Assembly (NCBI GenBank): GCA_963664395.2
Contig: OY761159.2
Coordinates: forward strand, 2,624,001-2,688,000
Length of the DNA stretch: 64,000 nt
DNA from: Candidatus Binatia bacterium
GTDB lineage: Bacteria; Desulfobacterota; Binatia; Bin18
Reading direction: 5' to 3'
Shown here: in pieces, positions 48,922 to 58,261 of the stretch
Numbering within the stretch: position 1 is the first letter of the stretch
Layout: each line of letters begins with the position of its first letter
The notes under the pieces: generated by a model
Databases searched by the model: none
Told to the model about the DNA's origin: nothing
Seen by the model: the letters and a program-made list of their open reading frames with translations, nothing else
Program-made: the position numbers and the translations under genes

Positions 48922-51522
48922 ATGGGCCTCCCCGAACAGATCAGCCGATACATGAGTCTGCGTGAACCGCAGCGTGCCTCAGTGGAGGTGCTCGACGAAA
49001 TTAGCACTGCCGTAGACTATCAGACTGCTTCTCTGGATTCCGTAACTACCGTTGTCAGTGAAAAAAGTCGCTCAGCCAACCCGGTCCAGTTTGATACCGA
49101 GTTCCCCTCCCTCTGCTTTGCGTTGGCTACTGGTGTCGGCAAGACGCGTCTCATGGGCGCGTGCATGTATTACTTGTGGAAACAAAAGGGATACCGGAAC
49201 TTCTTTATCCTGGCGCCAAACATCACGATTTATGACAAGCTACGGGCTGAACTGAGTCCGTCTCATCCAAAATATGTTTTCCTCGGTTTGTCTGAATTCC
49301 CTCAGCCCGAGGTGTACGATGGTGATAACTATCTGCGTTTTAACCCGCAACAAGCGGGTATATTCGACCAAGCATGTGTCTTTGTCTTTAATATTGGCAA
49401 AATCTTTGCCCGCACGGATACGGAGTTCAAATTTCATCGTTTCAACGAGATCCTAGGGAATGCTTTTTCCTCCATCTTACAAGGTATGGATGACCTCGTT
49501 GTTCTTATGGATGAGAGCCATCGCTATAGAGCCCCGAAATCTCTTGCGGCAATTAACCACCTTAAGCCGGCTCTCGGCTTGGAATTTACGGCAACGCCAA
49601 AAACGAAGAAGAACGTCATTTACTCGTTTGGGTTGGCCCAGTCCATTGGGCGTTTTGTGAAAACGCCAACCGTTGTCACGCGAACGAATCTCACTACCTC
49701 TGATGCAGAGGAAATCGAAAAACTCAAGCTGCTCGACGGAATGGCGCGCCATGAGCATAAGAAAGGACGCCTTGCGGAATATTATGAGGCCAACGGCTTG
49801 CCTGTTACCAAACCGTTTGTCTTAATCTCCACTAGAGACACGAAGCATGCGGCTGAGGTACGGAGTCTTATTGAGTCAGACGGATTTTACGACGGACACT
49901 ATAAAGGAAAGGTAATCGAAATCCACTCTGGTAAAACTGGAGCCGAGAGTGACCTGAATGTTCAACGGCTTCTGACTGTCGAGCAGCCGACCAGCACTGT
50001 AGAAATTGTTATCCACGTTAATATGCTGAAAGAGGGCTGGGATGTCAGGAATCTGTATACCATCATCCCTCTACGGGCCTCTATCAGCGAGATATTAACA
50101 GAACAAACTATTGGGCGAGGGTTGCGGCTTCCATTTGGAGAACCGACCCTCGACCCAGACTTAGACTCTCTTGAAATCATTTCCCATGATCAATATGCCC
50201 GACTCATCCAGGAAGCCAGAGATAGTTCTCTGTTCACGTTCAAAGAGATTGACGAAGCAGACCTGCGGCCTATGAAGGTTGAGCGAGTCGAACATGCATT
50301 TGTCGATCTGGACAAAGTCCTCGATCGAATTGCTGAACGTCGGGACATCCTTTTCACAGATGAACTGACTGATGAGCAACGTCTCAACGACGTTGTGAAA
50401 TCTTTAGTGGCCGAGCAAGCGGCGTTATATGAACGAAAACAGGCGCAAGCCTCCAAAGATTCTTCTGGGAAAGAGGAGACGGTTGAGACATCTGCCCAAG
50501 CGCAGAATCTGCTATTTTCCATTGATAATCAAGAAACAGAAGCAACGCCTTTCGACCCTATTGCGCTGGAGGCGAGCTGGAAAGAACGTCTGCGCCGCTT
50601 CGCCCATGCCAATATCTCCGTTCCTAAAATTGTGACGGATACTTTTTCTAATAAACAACTGGAACCATTTGAGCTCACAGTGAACTACGGTCCTTTCGAA
50701 CTGGTAGATCAGCGCGTACTCTCGCATGAGCTTGATTCTGGTCAGGAACGTATGGGTGAGCGTCTGGAAGCGCTGGAGGTTGAAAACCCTCGTGCTTTTT
50801 TGGCTGGCCGGCTGATTGATGCTATCGACGAGTTGGATGTGGCTAACGATAAAGAGACTGCTTTGAGCCTGGTGGACGCATATATAGCTCGGATCAATAA
50901 GCCGCACGAAGAGTTGAAGAAAATAGTCCACTTATACCGAGATGTCATCATCAACGACCTCAAGAATCAGATCGAGTCGCACATCCATGATAATACGACA
51001 GTCGATGTTTCTGTCCGGAGTGGTTTTGTCAAGTTTCGATCTTACTCAAAAGCAGTCCTGGCAAGAGATGGTCTTGTTCCCTACACCCAGCCGGTGCCCC
51101 GATCAGAGATCAGGCGCTATTTATTCGATGGATTCGAGAAATCTTTCTATCCCCAGGTTCCTTTCGATTCGACTCCAGAGAAAGATTTTGCCGCTATATT
51201 AGAGCGTGACTCTCTCAAATGGATTCGTCCGCCCGACGGTAATGTTCCCATTAATTATCGTGGCCGCTCTTATAATCCTGATTTTATCGCTGAAACCGAA
51301 GAAGCAAAGTATATTGTAGAGGTGAAGGCACGAAGGGAACTCGAACCTGAAATGGATCATGAAGTACGAGAGAAAGCCTTGGCTGCAATCCGTTGGTGTC
51401 AGGTAGCCTCAAATATCGCAGGATCAAAGCTCTGGGAATATAAATTGATTCCTGATGACGTTATCGAATCTACAAGGGATCTTAGGTTTGTTTTTAGCCA
51501 CGCGGTGAGTCTATCGGCATGA
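48922..51522 (+). CDS. res: Type III restriction enzyme Res subunit
   Basis: ATGVGKT, MDESH, FTATP, LKEGWDV, EQTIGRGLRL, C-terminal PDFI...VEVK nuclease motif. Confidence 0.92.
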   Translation: MGLPEQISRYMSLREPQRASVEVLDEISTAVDYQTASLDSVTTVVSEKSRSANPVQFDTEFPSLCFALATGVGKTRLMGACMYYLWKQKGYRNFFILAPNITIYDKLRAELSPSHPKYVFLGLSEFPQPEVYDGDNYLRFNPQQAGIFDQACVFVFNIGKIFARTDTEFKFHRFNEILGNAFSSILQGMDDLVVLMDESHRYRAPKSLAAINHLKPALGLEFTATPKTKKNVIYSFGLAQSIGRFVKTPTVVTRTNLTTSDAEEIEKLKLLDGMARHEHKKGRLAEYYEANGLPVTKPFVLISTRDTKHAAEVRSLIESDGFYDGHYKGKVIEIHSGKTGAESDLNVQRLLTVEQPTSTVEIVIHVNMLKEGWDVRNLYTIIPLRASISEILTEQTIGRGLRLPFGEPTLDPDLDSLEIISHDQYARLIQEARDSSLFTFKEIDEADLRPMKVERVEHAFVDLDKVLDRIAERRDILFTDELTDEQRLNDVVKSLVAEQAALYERKQAQASKDSSGKEETVETSAQAQNLLFSIDNQETEATPFDPIALEASWKERLRRFAHANISVPKIVTDTFSNKQLEPFELTVNYGPFELVDQRVLSHELDSGQERMGERLEALEVENPRAFLAGRLIDAIDELDVANDKETALSLVDAYIARINKPHEELKKIVHLYRDVIINDLKNQIESHIHDNTTVDVSVRSGFVKFRSYSKAVLARDGLVPYTQPVPRSEIRRYLFDGFEKSFYPQVPFDSTPEKDFAAILERDSLKWIRPPDGNVPINYRGRSYNPDFIAETEEAKYIVEVKARRELEPEMDHEVREKALAAIRWCQVASNIAGSKLWEYKLIPDDVIESTRDLRFVFSHAVSLSA

Positions 51523-51564
51523 GGTATTCATCAGAGAGAAGCAGATAACAAGCCCAGAGGAAGC

Positions 51565-52359
51565 ATGACAACATTTTTCACCGGACCAAAACCCAGACTC
51601 TTTGCACACCGGGGCGCCAGCGGGGAAGCGCCGGAGAATACCATGGCTGCGTTTCAGCGGGCTGTGGATTTGGGCATTGAGTATATTGAGCTGGATGTGC
51701 ATGCGTCTGAGGATGGGCAGATAATGGTCATCCATGATGCGACTATCGAGCGGACGACGAATGGACTGGGTGCGGTGAATAACTACTCCTTGGCTGCCCT
51801 GCGACAGCTCGATGCGGGCTATCGCTTTTCGCCGGATGGTGGAAAGACGTTGCCCTTTCGCGCGTCGGGTGTGGTTATTCCCTCGCTCGAAGAAGTGCTC
51901 AGCAACCTTTCGAATGTGAAGTTTACGGTTGAGATCAAACAGTCAGACCCGCCTATTGAAGAGCAGGTGATTACGCTTGTCACAGACTGCGGCAAGGCGG
52001 ATGACGTTATCATTGCGTCAGAACATGATGCAGTTCTGGCTCGTTCTCGAAAACTGGCGCCAGATATCCCGACCAATTTTGGCTATAGCGAAGTTGCTGA
52101 TTTTATTCAGCGCGTTGCAACCAATCAACTTGAAGGTTATCAGCCCCCTGGGCAGGCACTTCAAATTCCTCCCACGTATCAAGGCATCCCTCTGGTGACA
52201 GCACACACGGTTGCTGCGGCGCATCAACTCGGCTTAGAGATTCATGTGTGGACGATTACTGATCCGCACGAGATGAACAGCCTGCTTGATCTTGGGGTGG
52301 ATGGGGTGATGTCGGACTTCCCGGCGCGGTTGTTGGAAGTGGCAGGGGGGAGAGGGTAA
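51565..52359 (+). CDS. Glycerophosphodiester phosphodiesterase
   Basis: AHRGASGEAPENT, ELDVH, HDATIERTT, VEIK, VWTI, GVDGVMSDFP. Confidence 0.94.
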   Translation: MTTFFTGPKPRLFAHRGASGEAPENTMAAFQRAVDLGIEYIELDVHASEDGQIMVIHDATIERTTNGLGAVNNYSLAALRQLDAGYRFSPDGGKTLPFRASGVVIPSLEEVLSNLSNVKFTVEIKQSDPPIEEQVITLVTDCGKADDVIIASEHDAVLARSRKLAPDIPTNFGYSEVADFIQRVATNQLEGYQPPGQALQIPPTYQGIPLVTAHTVAAAHQLGLEIHVWTITDPHEMNSLLDLGVDGVMSDFPARLLEVAGGRG

Positions 52360-52364
52360 AAAAT

Positions 52365-52407
52365 TCACCCTCAGCCTGCCCTTCTCCCTCAAGGGAGATG
52401 CCCCTAC
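52365..52407. repeat. CACCC..CTCCC-N-GGGAG palindromic intergenic repeat
   Basis: TCACCCTCAGCCTGCCCTTCTCCCTCAAGGGAGA; related to 55806-55842 on the opposite strand. Confidence 0.55.
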
Positions 52408-52410
52408 AAG

Positions 52411-53247
52411 TCAGTTAATCTTCGGCATAACCTCGGCGGCAAAGCGCTCTATACCACTTCGGAACGTCGCTGCATCAGCGTAGCGCCCCAGCCCCAGAAC
52501 ATAATGATTTGCCCCGGCTTCTTTCATGGCCGATATGCGGTCGATCATGGGTTCGGGGCTGCCTTCGCGGATCATGCCGCCGACGATGAGGTCTGGCATG
52601 GATCGTCCGTGCTTTTCGGACTCCTCCTTTAAGTGCGCGGCAACCTGGGCTAACTCTCCGGACTGTAGCCCAATTGGATAATAGCCGTCGCCATACTTGA
52701 TGGTCCGTTCAATGGCCTTGGGACCTGCCCCTCCAACCCAGATCGGAGGGCGAGCCGGACGCGGAGCAAAGACGAATTCGGGGAATTTGATGTGCTTTCC
52801 ATCGTACGAATTTATATCGTTATCAAACAATTTATGCACAACTTCGAGGGTTTCGTTGGTAATGGCGCCGCGCTTGCGCGGGTCTACCCCCAGCGCTTCG
52901 AACTCCGGCCGCATCCAGCCTACCCCGGCGCCCAGAATAATCCGTTCATCTGAGAGTTCCTGGAGCGTGGCCACTTGTTTTGCCATGTAGACGGCAGGAC
53001 GATAAGGAAAGACCAGGACGGAAATGCCGAGCTGAATTTTCTGGGTCAGTGCCGCAAAATAGGCCAGCGTTGTCAGCGGCTCAAAATAGCGCCCGCCTGA
53101 GCCTTCGGTTTGATCCGGCGGAATCGCAAGATGATCGACCACAAACGCGGCATCAAAGCCGGCTTCTTCCACGGCCTTGGCACATGCGCCGAGTGTTTCC
53201 CGGGTTGCGGCCGGGCCCATATTACGGATAACAACACCAAATTTCAT
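52411..53247 (-). CDS. LLM class (probable F420/FMN-dependent) oxidoreductase
   Basis: MKFGV, AGFDAAFVVDHLAIP, EPLTTLA, GVGW..EF, PPIWVGG. Confidence 0.9.
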   Translation of the reverse strand: MKFGVVIRNMGPAATRETLGACAKAVEEAGFDAAFVVDHLAIPPDQTEGSGGRYFEPLTTLAYFAALTQKIQLGISVLVFPYRPAVYMAKQVATLQELSDERIILGAGVGWMRPEFEALGVDPRKRGAITNETLEVVHKLFDNDINSYDGKHIKFPEFVFAPRPARPPIWVGGAGPKAIERTIKYGDGYYPIGLQSGELAQVAAHLKEESEKHGRSMPDLIVGGMIREGSPEPMIDRISAMKEAGANHYVLGLGRYADAATFRSGIERFAAEVMPKIN

Positions 53248-53549
53248 TTGTCTTCTCCTTCACCGTCTTGAAACAAACGTTCCGCCAACTCCTCGGCCAA
53301 AGCAGAGCGCTCGTCCTCATCTTCCCGAAGCAGGTCAAAAGATAAATTCATGAGCATCTTCCCCAGGACTTCGCGTTGGATCAAGTTGAGGCGGACAGCT
53401 TGCGGCTGCTCTTCTTCGAGTTGAGCCAGGAGCGTTTCCATAGAACGTACGCCCGTGTCATTCTCCTGCCGTGCTAATCGATCGCCAGCCATGCCGGCGG
53501 CTTGATGCAGCAAAGCCGATTCCTGGGCGGTAAGCGGATAGGAGGACAT
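53244..53549 (-). CDS. Hypothetical protein
   Basis: 101-aa acidic helical ORF between leuD and the LLM gene, with ATGA overlap. Confidence 0.7.
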   Translation of the reverse strand: MSSYPLTAQESALLHQAAGMAGDRLARQENDTGVRSMETLLAQLEEEQPQAVRLNLIQREVLGKMLMNLSFDLLREDEDERSALAEELAERLFQDGEGEDK

Positions 53550-53570
53550 ATGCGAGGACGGCTGATTTGA

Positions 53571-54191
53571 TTACTGCAAATCCGGAAACAGCCACGGCGC
53601 TTCGTTCTTCCGGCGCTGTTCATACGCCGTGATCTCCGCGTCGTTTTGCAAGGTGAGCTCGATTTCATCCAAGCCGTTTAACAGACAGTTTTTCCGAAAC
53701 GGATCAACATCAAAATGAAAACGTGTTCCCCCGGGTGTGGTGACCGTTTGGGCGGCGAGATCAACGCTGAGTTGATAGCCGGGCTGGGCCTCGACCTCTT
53801 TGAAGATTTGATCGACTTCGTCATTTTTCAAGACCACGGGCAGCATGCTGTTTTTGAAGCAATTATTAAAAAAGATGTCAGCATAACTGGGGGCGACAAC
53901 GCACCGAAAGCCATAGTCAAATAAGGCCCAGGGGGCATGCTCACGGGACGAACCACAACCGAAGTTGGCGCGCGCCAGGAGAATGCTCGCCCCGTCGTAA
54001 CGCGGCTGATTTAAGACAAAGCCGTCCTGGGGATTGCCATCGCTGGCATAGCGCCAGTCCGAGAACAACCCTTCCCGCAGGCCGGTACGCTTAATGGTTT
54101 TGAGATATTGCTTGGGGATAATTTGATCGGTATCAACATTCACTCGGTCGAGCGGGGCAACGATACCTGTGAGAGTCGTAAAAGCGTCCAT
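53571..54191 (-). CDS. leuD: 3-isopropylmalate dehydratase small subunit
   Basis: [34 protein letters not shown]. Confidence 0.97.
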   Translation of the reverse strand: MDAFTTLTGIVAPLDRVNVDTDQIIPKQYLKTIKRTGLREGLFSDWRYASDGNPQDGFVLNQPRYDGASILLARANFGCGSSREHAPWALFDYGFRCVVAPSYADIFFNNCFKNSMLPVVLKNDEVDQIFKEVEAQPGYQLSVDLAAQTVTTPGGTRFHFDVDPFRKNCLLNGLDEIELTLQNDAEITAYEQRRKNEAPWLFPDLQ

Positions 54192-54210
54192 AGCGTGTTC
54201 CTTTCTGACC

Positions 54211-55614
54211 CTAGCTCCAGTTTCTGATATCGACGAAGCGGCCTTCGATCGCAGCAGCAGTCGCCATAGCCGGGGAAACGAGATGCGTTCGTCCACCCTT
54301 GCCCTGGCGGCCTTCAAAGTTGCGATTGCTGGTTGAAGCGCAGCGCTCGCCGGGTTGAAGCGTGTCAGCGTTCATGGCCAGACACATTGAACAGCCGGCT
54401 TCGCGCCACTCGAACCCGGCCTCCTTAAAAATGCTATCGAGCCCTTCATCCTCGGCCTGCTTTTTGATCAGGCCGGAGCCCGGAACGACCATGGCGCTGA
54501 CGGTTGAGGCGACCTTTTTGCCTTTGGCGTACCGGGCGGCAATACGCAGGTCTTCAATCCGGGAATTGGTGCAGGAGCCAATAAAGACCCGGTCTATCGG
54601 GATATCCGTAATCGGCGTTCCCGCTTTGAGGTCCATATAGGCCAGGGCTCGTTGTGTTGCTTCCTGCGTTTCCGGCGAAGGCATGTCGGCCGGGTCGGGC
54701 ACAGCCCCGGTCACATCGGTGACCATGCCAGGATTCGTGCCCCAGGTGACTTGAGGGGCAATGTCTTCCGCTTTCAGCTCTAGGGTCTTATCAAAGCTGG
54801 CATCCGGGTCTGAGGGCAGTTGCTGCCAGGCCGCCACCGCCCGCTCGAACAGCTCGTCTTTGGGCGCAAACGGCCTGCCTTTGATATAGGCAAACGTCTT
54901 GTCATCCGGGGCGACCATACCCGCCCGCGCGCCGCCTTCAATGGACATATTGCACAGCGTCATGCGGCCTTCCATTGATAATGCCCGGATGGCCGCGCCA
55001 GTGTATTCAATGACATGCCCGGTTCCGCCGGCAGTCCCGATTTTTCCAATAATGGCCAGGATAATATCCTTGGCAGAACACCGCTCGGGCAACACGCCCT
55101 CCACCCGGATCTGCATGGTCTTGGCTTTCTTTTGGAGCAGACATTGTGAGGCCAACACGTGCTCGACCTCGCTGGTGCCAATGCCAAAGGCCAGCGCGCC
55201 AAACGCCCCATGCGTGGCGGTATGGGAATCCCCACACACAATGATCATGCCCGGCAGCGTCAGTCCTTGCTCTGGTCCGATCACATGGACGATACCCTGG
55301 CGGATATCGTCTATGTCGAAAATTTGGATGCCGGTTGTCCGACAGTTCTCTTGGAGTGCCTCGATCTGCCTGGCGGCCACGGCATCTTCAATGGGTTTGT
55401 CCCGGTCTGTTGTTGGCACGTTATGGTCGGGCACGGCTATCGTCGCTGGGGTGCGGCGCACGTTCCGGCCGGCCAGTTGCAGACCCTCAAACGCTTGTGG
55501 AGAAGTCACCTCATGGGTGAGGTGGCGATCAACATATAAGAGTGTCGTGCCGTCTTCTTCGGTCCGCACGACATGCGATTCCCATATTTTTTCAAACATT
55601 GTCTTGCGCGCCAT
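54211..55614 (-). CDS. leuC: 3-isopropylmalate dehydratase large subunit
   Basis: [49 protein letters not shown]. Confidence 0.98.
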   Translation of the reverse strand: MARKTMFEKIWESHVVRTEEDGTTLLYVDRHLTHEVTSPQAFEGLQLAGRNVRRTPATIAVPDHNVPTTDRDKPIEDAVAARQIEALQENCRTTGIQIFDIDDIRQGIVHVIGPEQGLTLPGMIIVCGDSHTATHGAFGALAFGIGTSEVEHVLASQCLLQKKAKTMQIRVEGVLPERCSAKDIILAIIGKIGTAGGTGHVIEYTGAAIRALSMEGRMTLCNMSIEGGARAGMVAPDDKTFAYIKGRPFAPKDELFERAVAAWQQLPSDPDASFDKTLELKAEDIAPQVTWGTNPGMVTDVTGAVPDPADMPSPETQEATQRALAYMDLKAGTPITDIPIDRVFIGSCTNSRIEDLRIAARYAKGKKVASTVSAMVVPGSGLIKKQAEDEGLDSIFKEAGFEWREAGCSMCLAMNADTLQPGERCASTSNRNFEGRQGKGGRTHLVSPAMATAAAIEGRFVDIRNWS

Positions 55615-55805
55615 TATTTACCCCTTTATGCTCCGTCTCGCTTTCTTTTGGGCCGTGGCTCCTGAAAGAGCTATACCTTTCTCAGATTTGGTAGGGGCTG
55701 GCAAGATGGAAGGAGCGGAGACGGTATGGTAGGATGACCCTCCTGACTCCGAAGAGTCGAAATCCAGAAAAAGGTTGGAAAGTTAGGGAGAGGGAGAAAC
55801 TCGGT

Positions 55806-55842
55806 TCCCTCGCCCCTTGGGGGAGAGGGCTAGGGTGAGGGG
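55806..55842. repeat. Palindromic intergenic repeat (CCCTCGCCCC-TTG-GGGAGAGGG-TAGGGTGAGGG)
   Basis: Hairpin plus GGGTGAGGG tail; related to 52365-52407. Confidence 0.6.
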
Positions 55843-55866
55843 TATTCAACTTTTAGGGAGAATTTC

Positions 55867-56727
55867 ATGGGCGAATGGACCGTTGATGTTAATGAAAAAG
55901 ACTTTGAGCAGGACGTACTTGAACGCTCGTACAGCGTCCCGGTTGTTCTGGATTTTTGGGCTCCCTGGTGCGGTCCGTGTCGTGCTATCGGCCCGGTGCT
56001 GGAAAAGCTGGCAGACGAACAAGCAGGCAAGTTTGTTTTGGCGAAGGTGAATGTTGATGAAAATCCTGCCCTGGCCCAATCCTTTCAGATCAGCAGCATT
56101 CCGGCAGTGAAGGCAGTCAAGGAAGGCGCGATTGCCAATGAGTTTCTGGGGGCTCTGCCCGAGCCGGCTATTCGCGAATTTGTTGAAGGCTTGATCCCGT
56201 CTGAGGCCGACTCTCTGGCCCAACAAGGCCAAGACCTGCAAGAACAGGGAAAAGATCAGGGAGCCGAGAGTTTATATCGCGCCGCCCTGTCAAAGGATGA
56301 GCGCCAACCGAAAGCACTGCTTGGGCTGGCCCGTCTCCTGGCGGGCAAGGAAGAGCACGCGGATGCCCTTGCCTTACTTGGTCGTATTCCGCCGAATGCT
56401 CGGGAACATGATGCAGCCCAGCAGTTGGCTGCTCAGATACGAGTGAAACAGACTGGAGCCAATGCCGGTGAAGAGGCCGCCTATCGCGAGAAGATTGAGG
56501 CCGACCCGAATGACCTGGATGCCCGATTTGAACTAGCCCAAATTCTGGCTGCCTCGACACGCTACGAAGAAGCGCTCACCGAATACTTGGAGATTGTAAA
56601 GAAAGACCGCGCCTTCCGGGACGACGGAGCGCGGAAGGCCATGCTCGAAATTTTTGAGGTGATCGGTGCTCGGAGTGAATTGGCTGACCGGTTCCGGTCG
56701 GAACTGGCGAAGGTGTTGTTCAGTTAG
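55867..56727 (+). CDS. ybbN: Thioredoxin-TPR co-chaperone (YbbN/CnoX)
   Basis: DFWAPWCGPC thioredoxin domain plus C-terminal TPRs ending R..LAKVLF. Confidence 0.9.
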   Translation: MGEWTVDVNEKDFEQDVLERSYSVPVVLDFWAPWCGPCRAIGPVLEKLADEQAGKFVLAKVNVDENPALAQSFQISSIPAVKAVKEGAIANEFLGALPEPAIREFVEGLIPSEADSLAQQGQDLQEQGKDQGAESLYRAALSKDERQPKALLGLARLLAGKEEHADALALLGRIPPNAREHDAAQQLAAQIRVKQTGANAGEEAAYREKIEADPNDLDARFELAQILAASTRYEEALTEYLEIVKKDRAFRDDGARKAMLEIFEVIGARSELADRFRSELAKVLFS

Positions 56728-56763
56728 GCCGGACTGCCGCAACCATCCGCGACATTTCAGCCC

Positions 56764-57054
56764 TTACTCTTGATTCGGTCTCCGCTCCTCCAGGAGTTGT
56801 CTCAGCGCTTGGGTTTGTATTTCCAATGTTGCGGTGTGGTCTCGCAGCGTCTCGGCCACGCCCTGTAAAACGTCGGTAGTGGTCTTCATGACATCGGCAT
56901 TGGCTTTCCGTTCCGTGTTGCTTTGAGATATCAGCCAGATGCCCCAGGCAATAAGACCAGTTTGCTAATGGCTGGACATTTTCCAAAAGAGAACTGCGAT
57001 ACTGACAAGCAGAATTGAAGCTCCGGTCAACCCAATCCATTCATACATCGTCAT
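56764..57054 (-). pseudogene. Small TM + coiled-coil protein gene with internal TAG
   Basis: AAGGAG RBS; MTMYEWIGLTGASILLVSIAVLFWKMSSH*QTGLIAWGIWLI...LRQLLEERRPNQE*; stop at 56965-56967. Confidence 0.4.
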
Positions 57055-57320
57055 GGCGGGGACTCCTTGATTCGACAATTAGCTTTCTGATCACTGTATG
57101 CTGTCTCCACACCCCAACAATCAGAGCGAGGCTAACAATGATGCCCAACGACATCAAGACGAGACGGACGGTTGTGAGGAGACATCAAGACGAGACGGAC
57201 GGTTGTTCGCTCTCCTAAGAGGAGTCCGAGGGCGCTTCCTCCAACCGCAAGAATAAAGAGCGCCATGAGCTTGAGAAGCTCCGTTTCGTACTTGATCTGT
57301 TCCACGTTTTTGTCAGTCAT
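57041..57320 (-). pseudogene. Small 2-TM membrane protein frameshifted by a 31-bp duplication
   Basis: Removing one repeat unit restores an 82-aa ORF ending ...VRLVLMSLGIIVSLALIVGVWRQH...DDV*. Confidence 0.6.
57150..57206. repeat. 26-bp perfect direct repeat with 5-bp spacer
   Basis: GACATCAAGACGAGACGGACGGTTGT at 57150-57175 and 57181-57206. Confidence 0.95.
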
Positions 57321-57389
57321 GGATCAATATTGAAGGCGACTTTCCTCGCAGGCACGCTTGCGACGAGCGAAGTGTCACCCGACGATTCT

Positions 57390-58259
57390 CTACGCCAACG
57401 CCCACTCCTCACCTTCGTTTTTCGCCACGCCTTCTTTTTCCAGCTTAATTAGGTGGGACTGCACGGAGTTCCCGGCCGCAGCGTGCAGGAACTCGGGCAC
57501 GTCAACATAAATACGTTTCACCATGTCTGGAATTTTGGTCAGTCCGGTGCCAAGTGCGTCCAGCACCTGCTGCTCGCGCAACTCGCGGTGGGCGATGTAG
57601 TCGTTCAGTTTTTTGTACGGCGCGCGAATGGCGGGGCCGTGGGCGGGATAGATGACCGACAAATCGAGGGCAAGCAGCTTCCGTAGCGACGCCATATAGT
57701 CAATCAAGCCGCCGCCTTCTTCCGGTACTACCGTCGTGCCGGCACCCAGCACCAGGTCTCCGGTAAAGAGCGCTTTTTCCTCTTCGAGGTAGTAACACAA
57801 GTGGTCTTTGGCATGGCCCGGCGTGTGGATCGCCCTTAGGGTTGCCCCATCGGTCTCGATGCTGGCTCCATCTTCGATATAGGTCAGTGGAAAATCATAG
57901 GCCGCGTCTTTTTCCGGCCAGATGTGTTTTGAGACGGTCAACTCGCCAAAGCGTTTCTTCACATTGGGCACCCCGCCGATGTGGTCTTGGTGCACATGGG
58001 TGAGGACGATCTCTTGGAGTTCGTTGGCGCCCTTGGTCTCGGACAGGCCCTTTTCCAATAATGGATCGTAGACCTCCAGGCCGATCCCCGTGTCGAGCAG
58101 GATAGGTCGTTTGCTCGTGCCAACCAGATAAGTATTAGTTCCGGGTCCGGTGAACGGCCCAGGGTTTTGACCAAGCACAGTCGCAACGCGGTCGCTCCAG
58201 GTGTCGAAGTCGGGCAGTTGCAGCCCGGCCATGGTGTCCGTAACAACACGTTGGGTCAT
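57390..58259 (-). CDS. Metallo-beta-lactamase fold hydrolase (LACTB2-like)
   Basis: NPGPFTGPGTNTY, THVHQDH, TPGHAKDH, TGD, PAHG, C-terminal winged helix. Confidence 0.92.
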   Translation of the reverse strand: MTQRVVTDTMAGLQLPDFDTWSDRVATVLGQNPGPFTGPGTNTYLVGTSKRPILLDTGIGLEVYDPLLEKGLSETKGANELQEIVLTHVHQDHIGGVPNVKKRFGELTVSKHIWPEKDAAYDFPLTYIEDGASIETDGATLRAIHTPGHAKDHLCYYLEEEKALFTGDLVLGAGTTVVPEEGGGLIDYMASLRKLLALDLSVIYPAHGPAIRAPYKKLNDYIAHRELREQQVLDALGTGLTKIPDMVKRIYVDVPEFLHAAAGNSVQSHLIKLEKEGVAKNEGEEWALA

Positions 58260-58261
58260 TC

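Larger units (their letters stand above)
41640..51530 (+). mobile_element. AT-richer defence island (approximate boundaries; no integrase seen)
   Basis: Visible shift to A/T-rich codons across five co-oriented, tightly coupled genes. Confidence 0.6.

Noticed and set aside
41558-51565. att sites, tRNA or integrase bounding the defence island
   Set aside because: No flanking direct repeats, tRNA or recombinase gene were found by eye.
55615-55866. leu attenuator leader peptide
   Set aside because: No Leu-rich short ORF with a terminator was seen upstream of leuC.
57150-57206. Possible mini-CRISPR array
   Set aside because: Only two 26-bp copies with a 5-bp spacer, inside a gene, and no cas genes.
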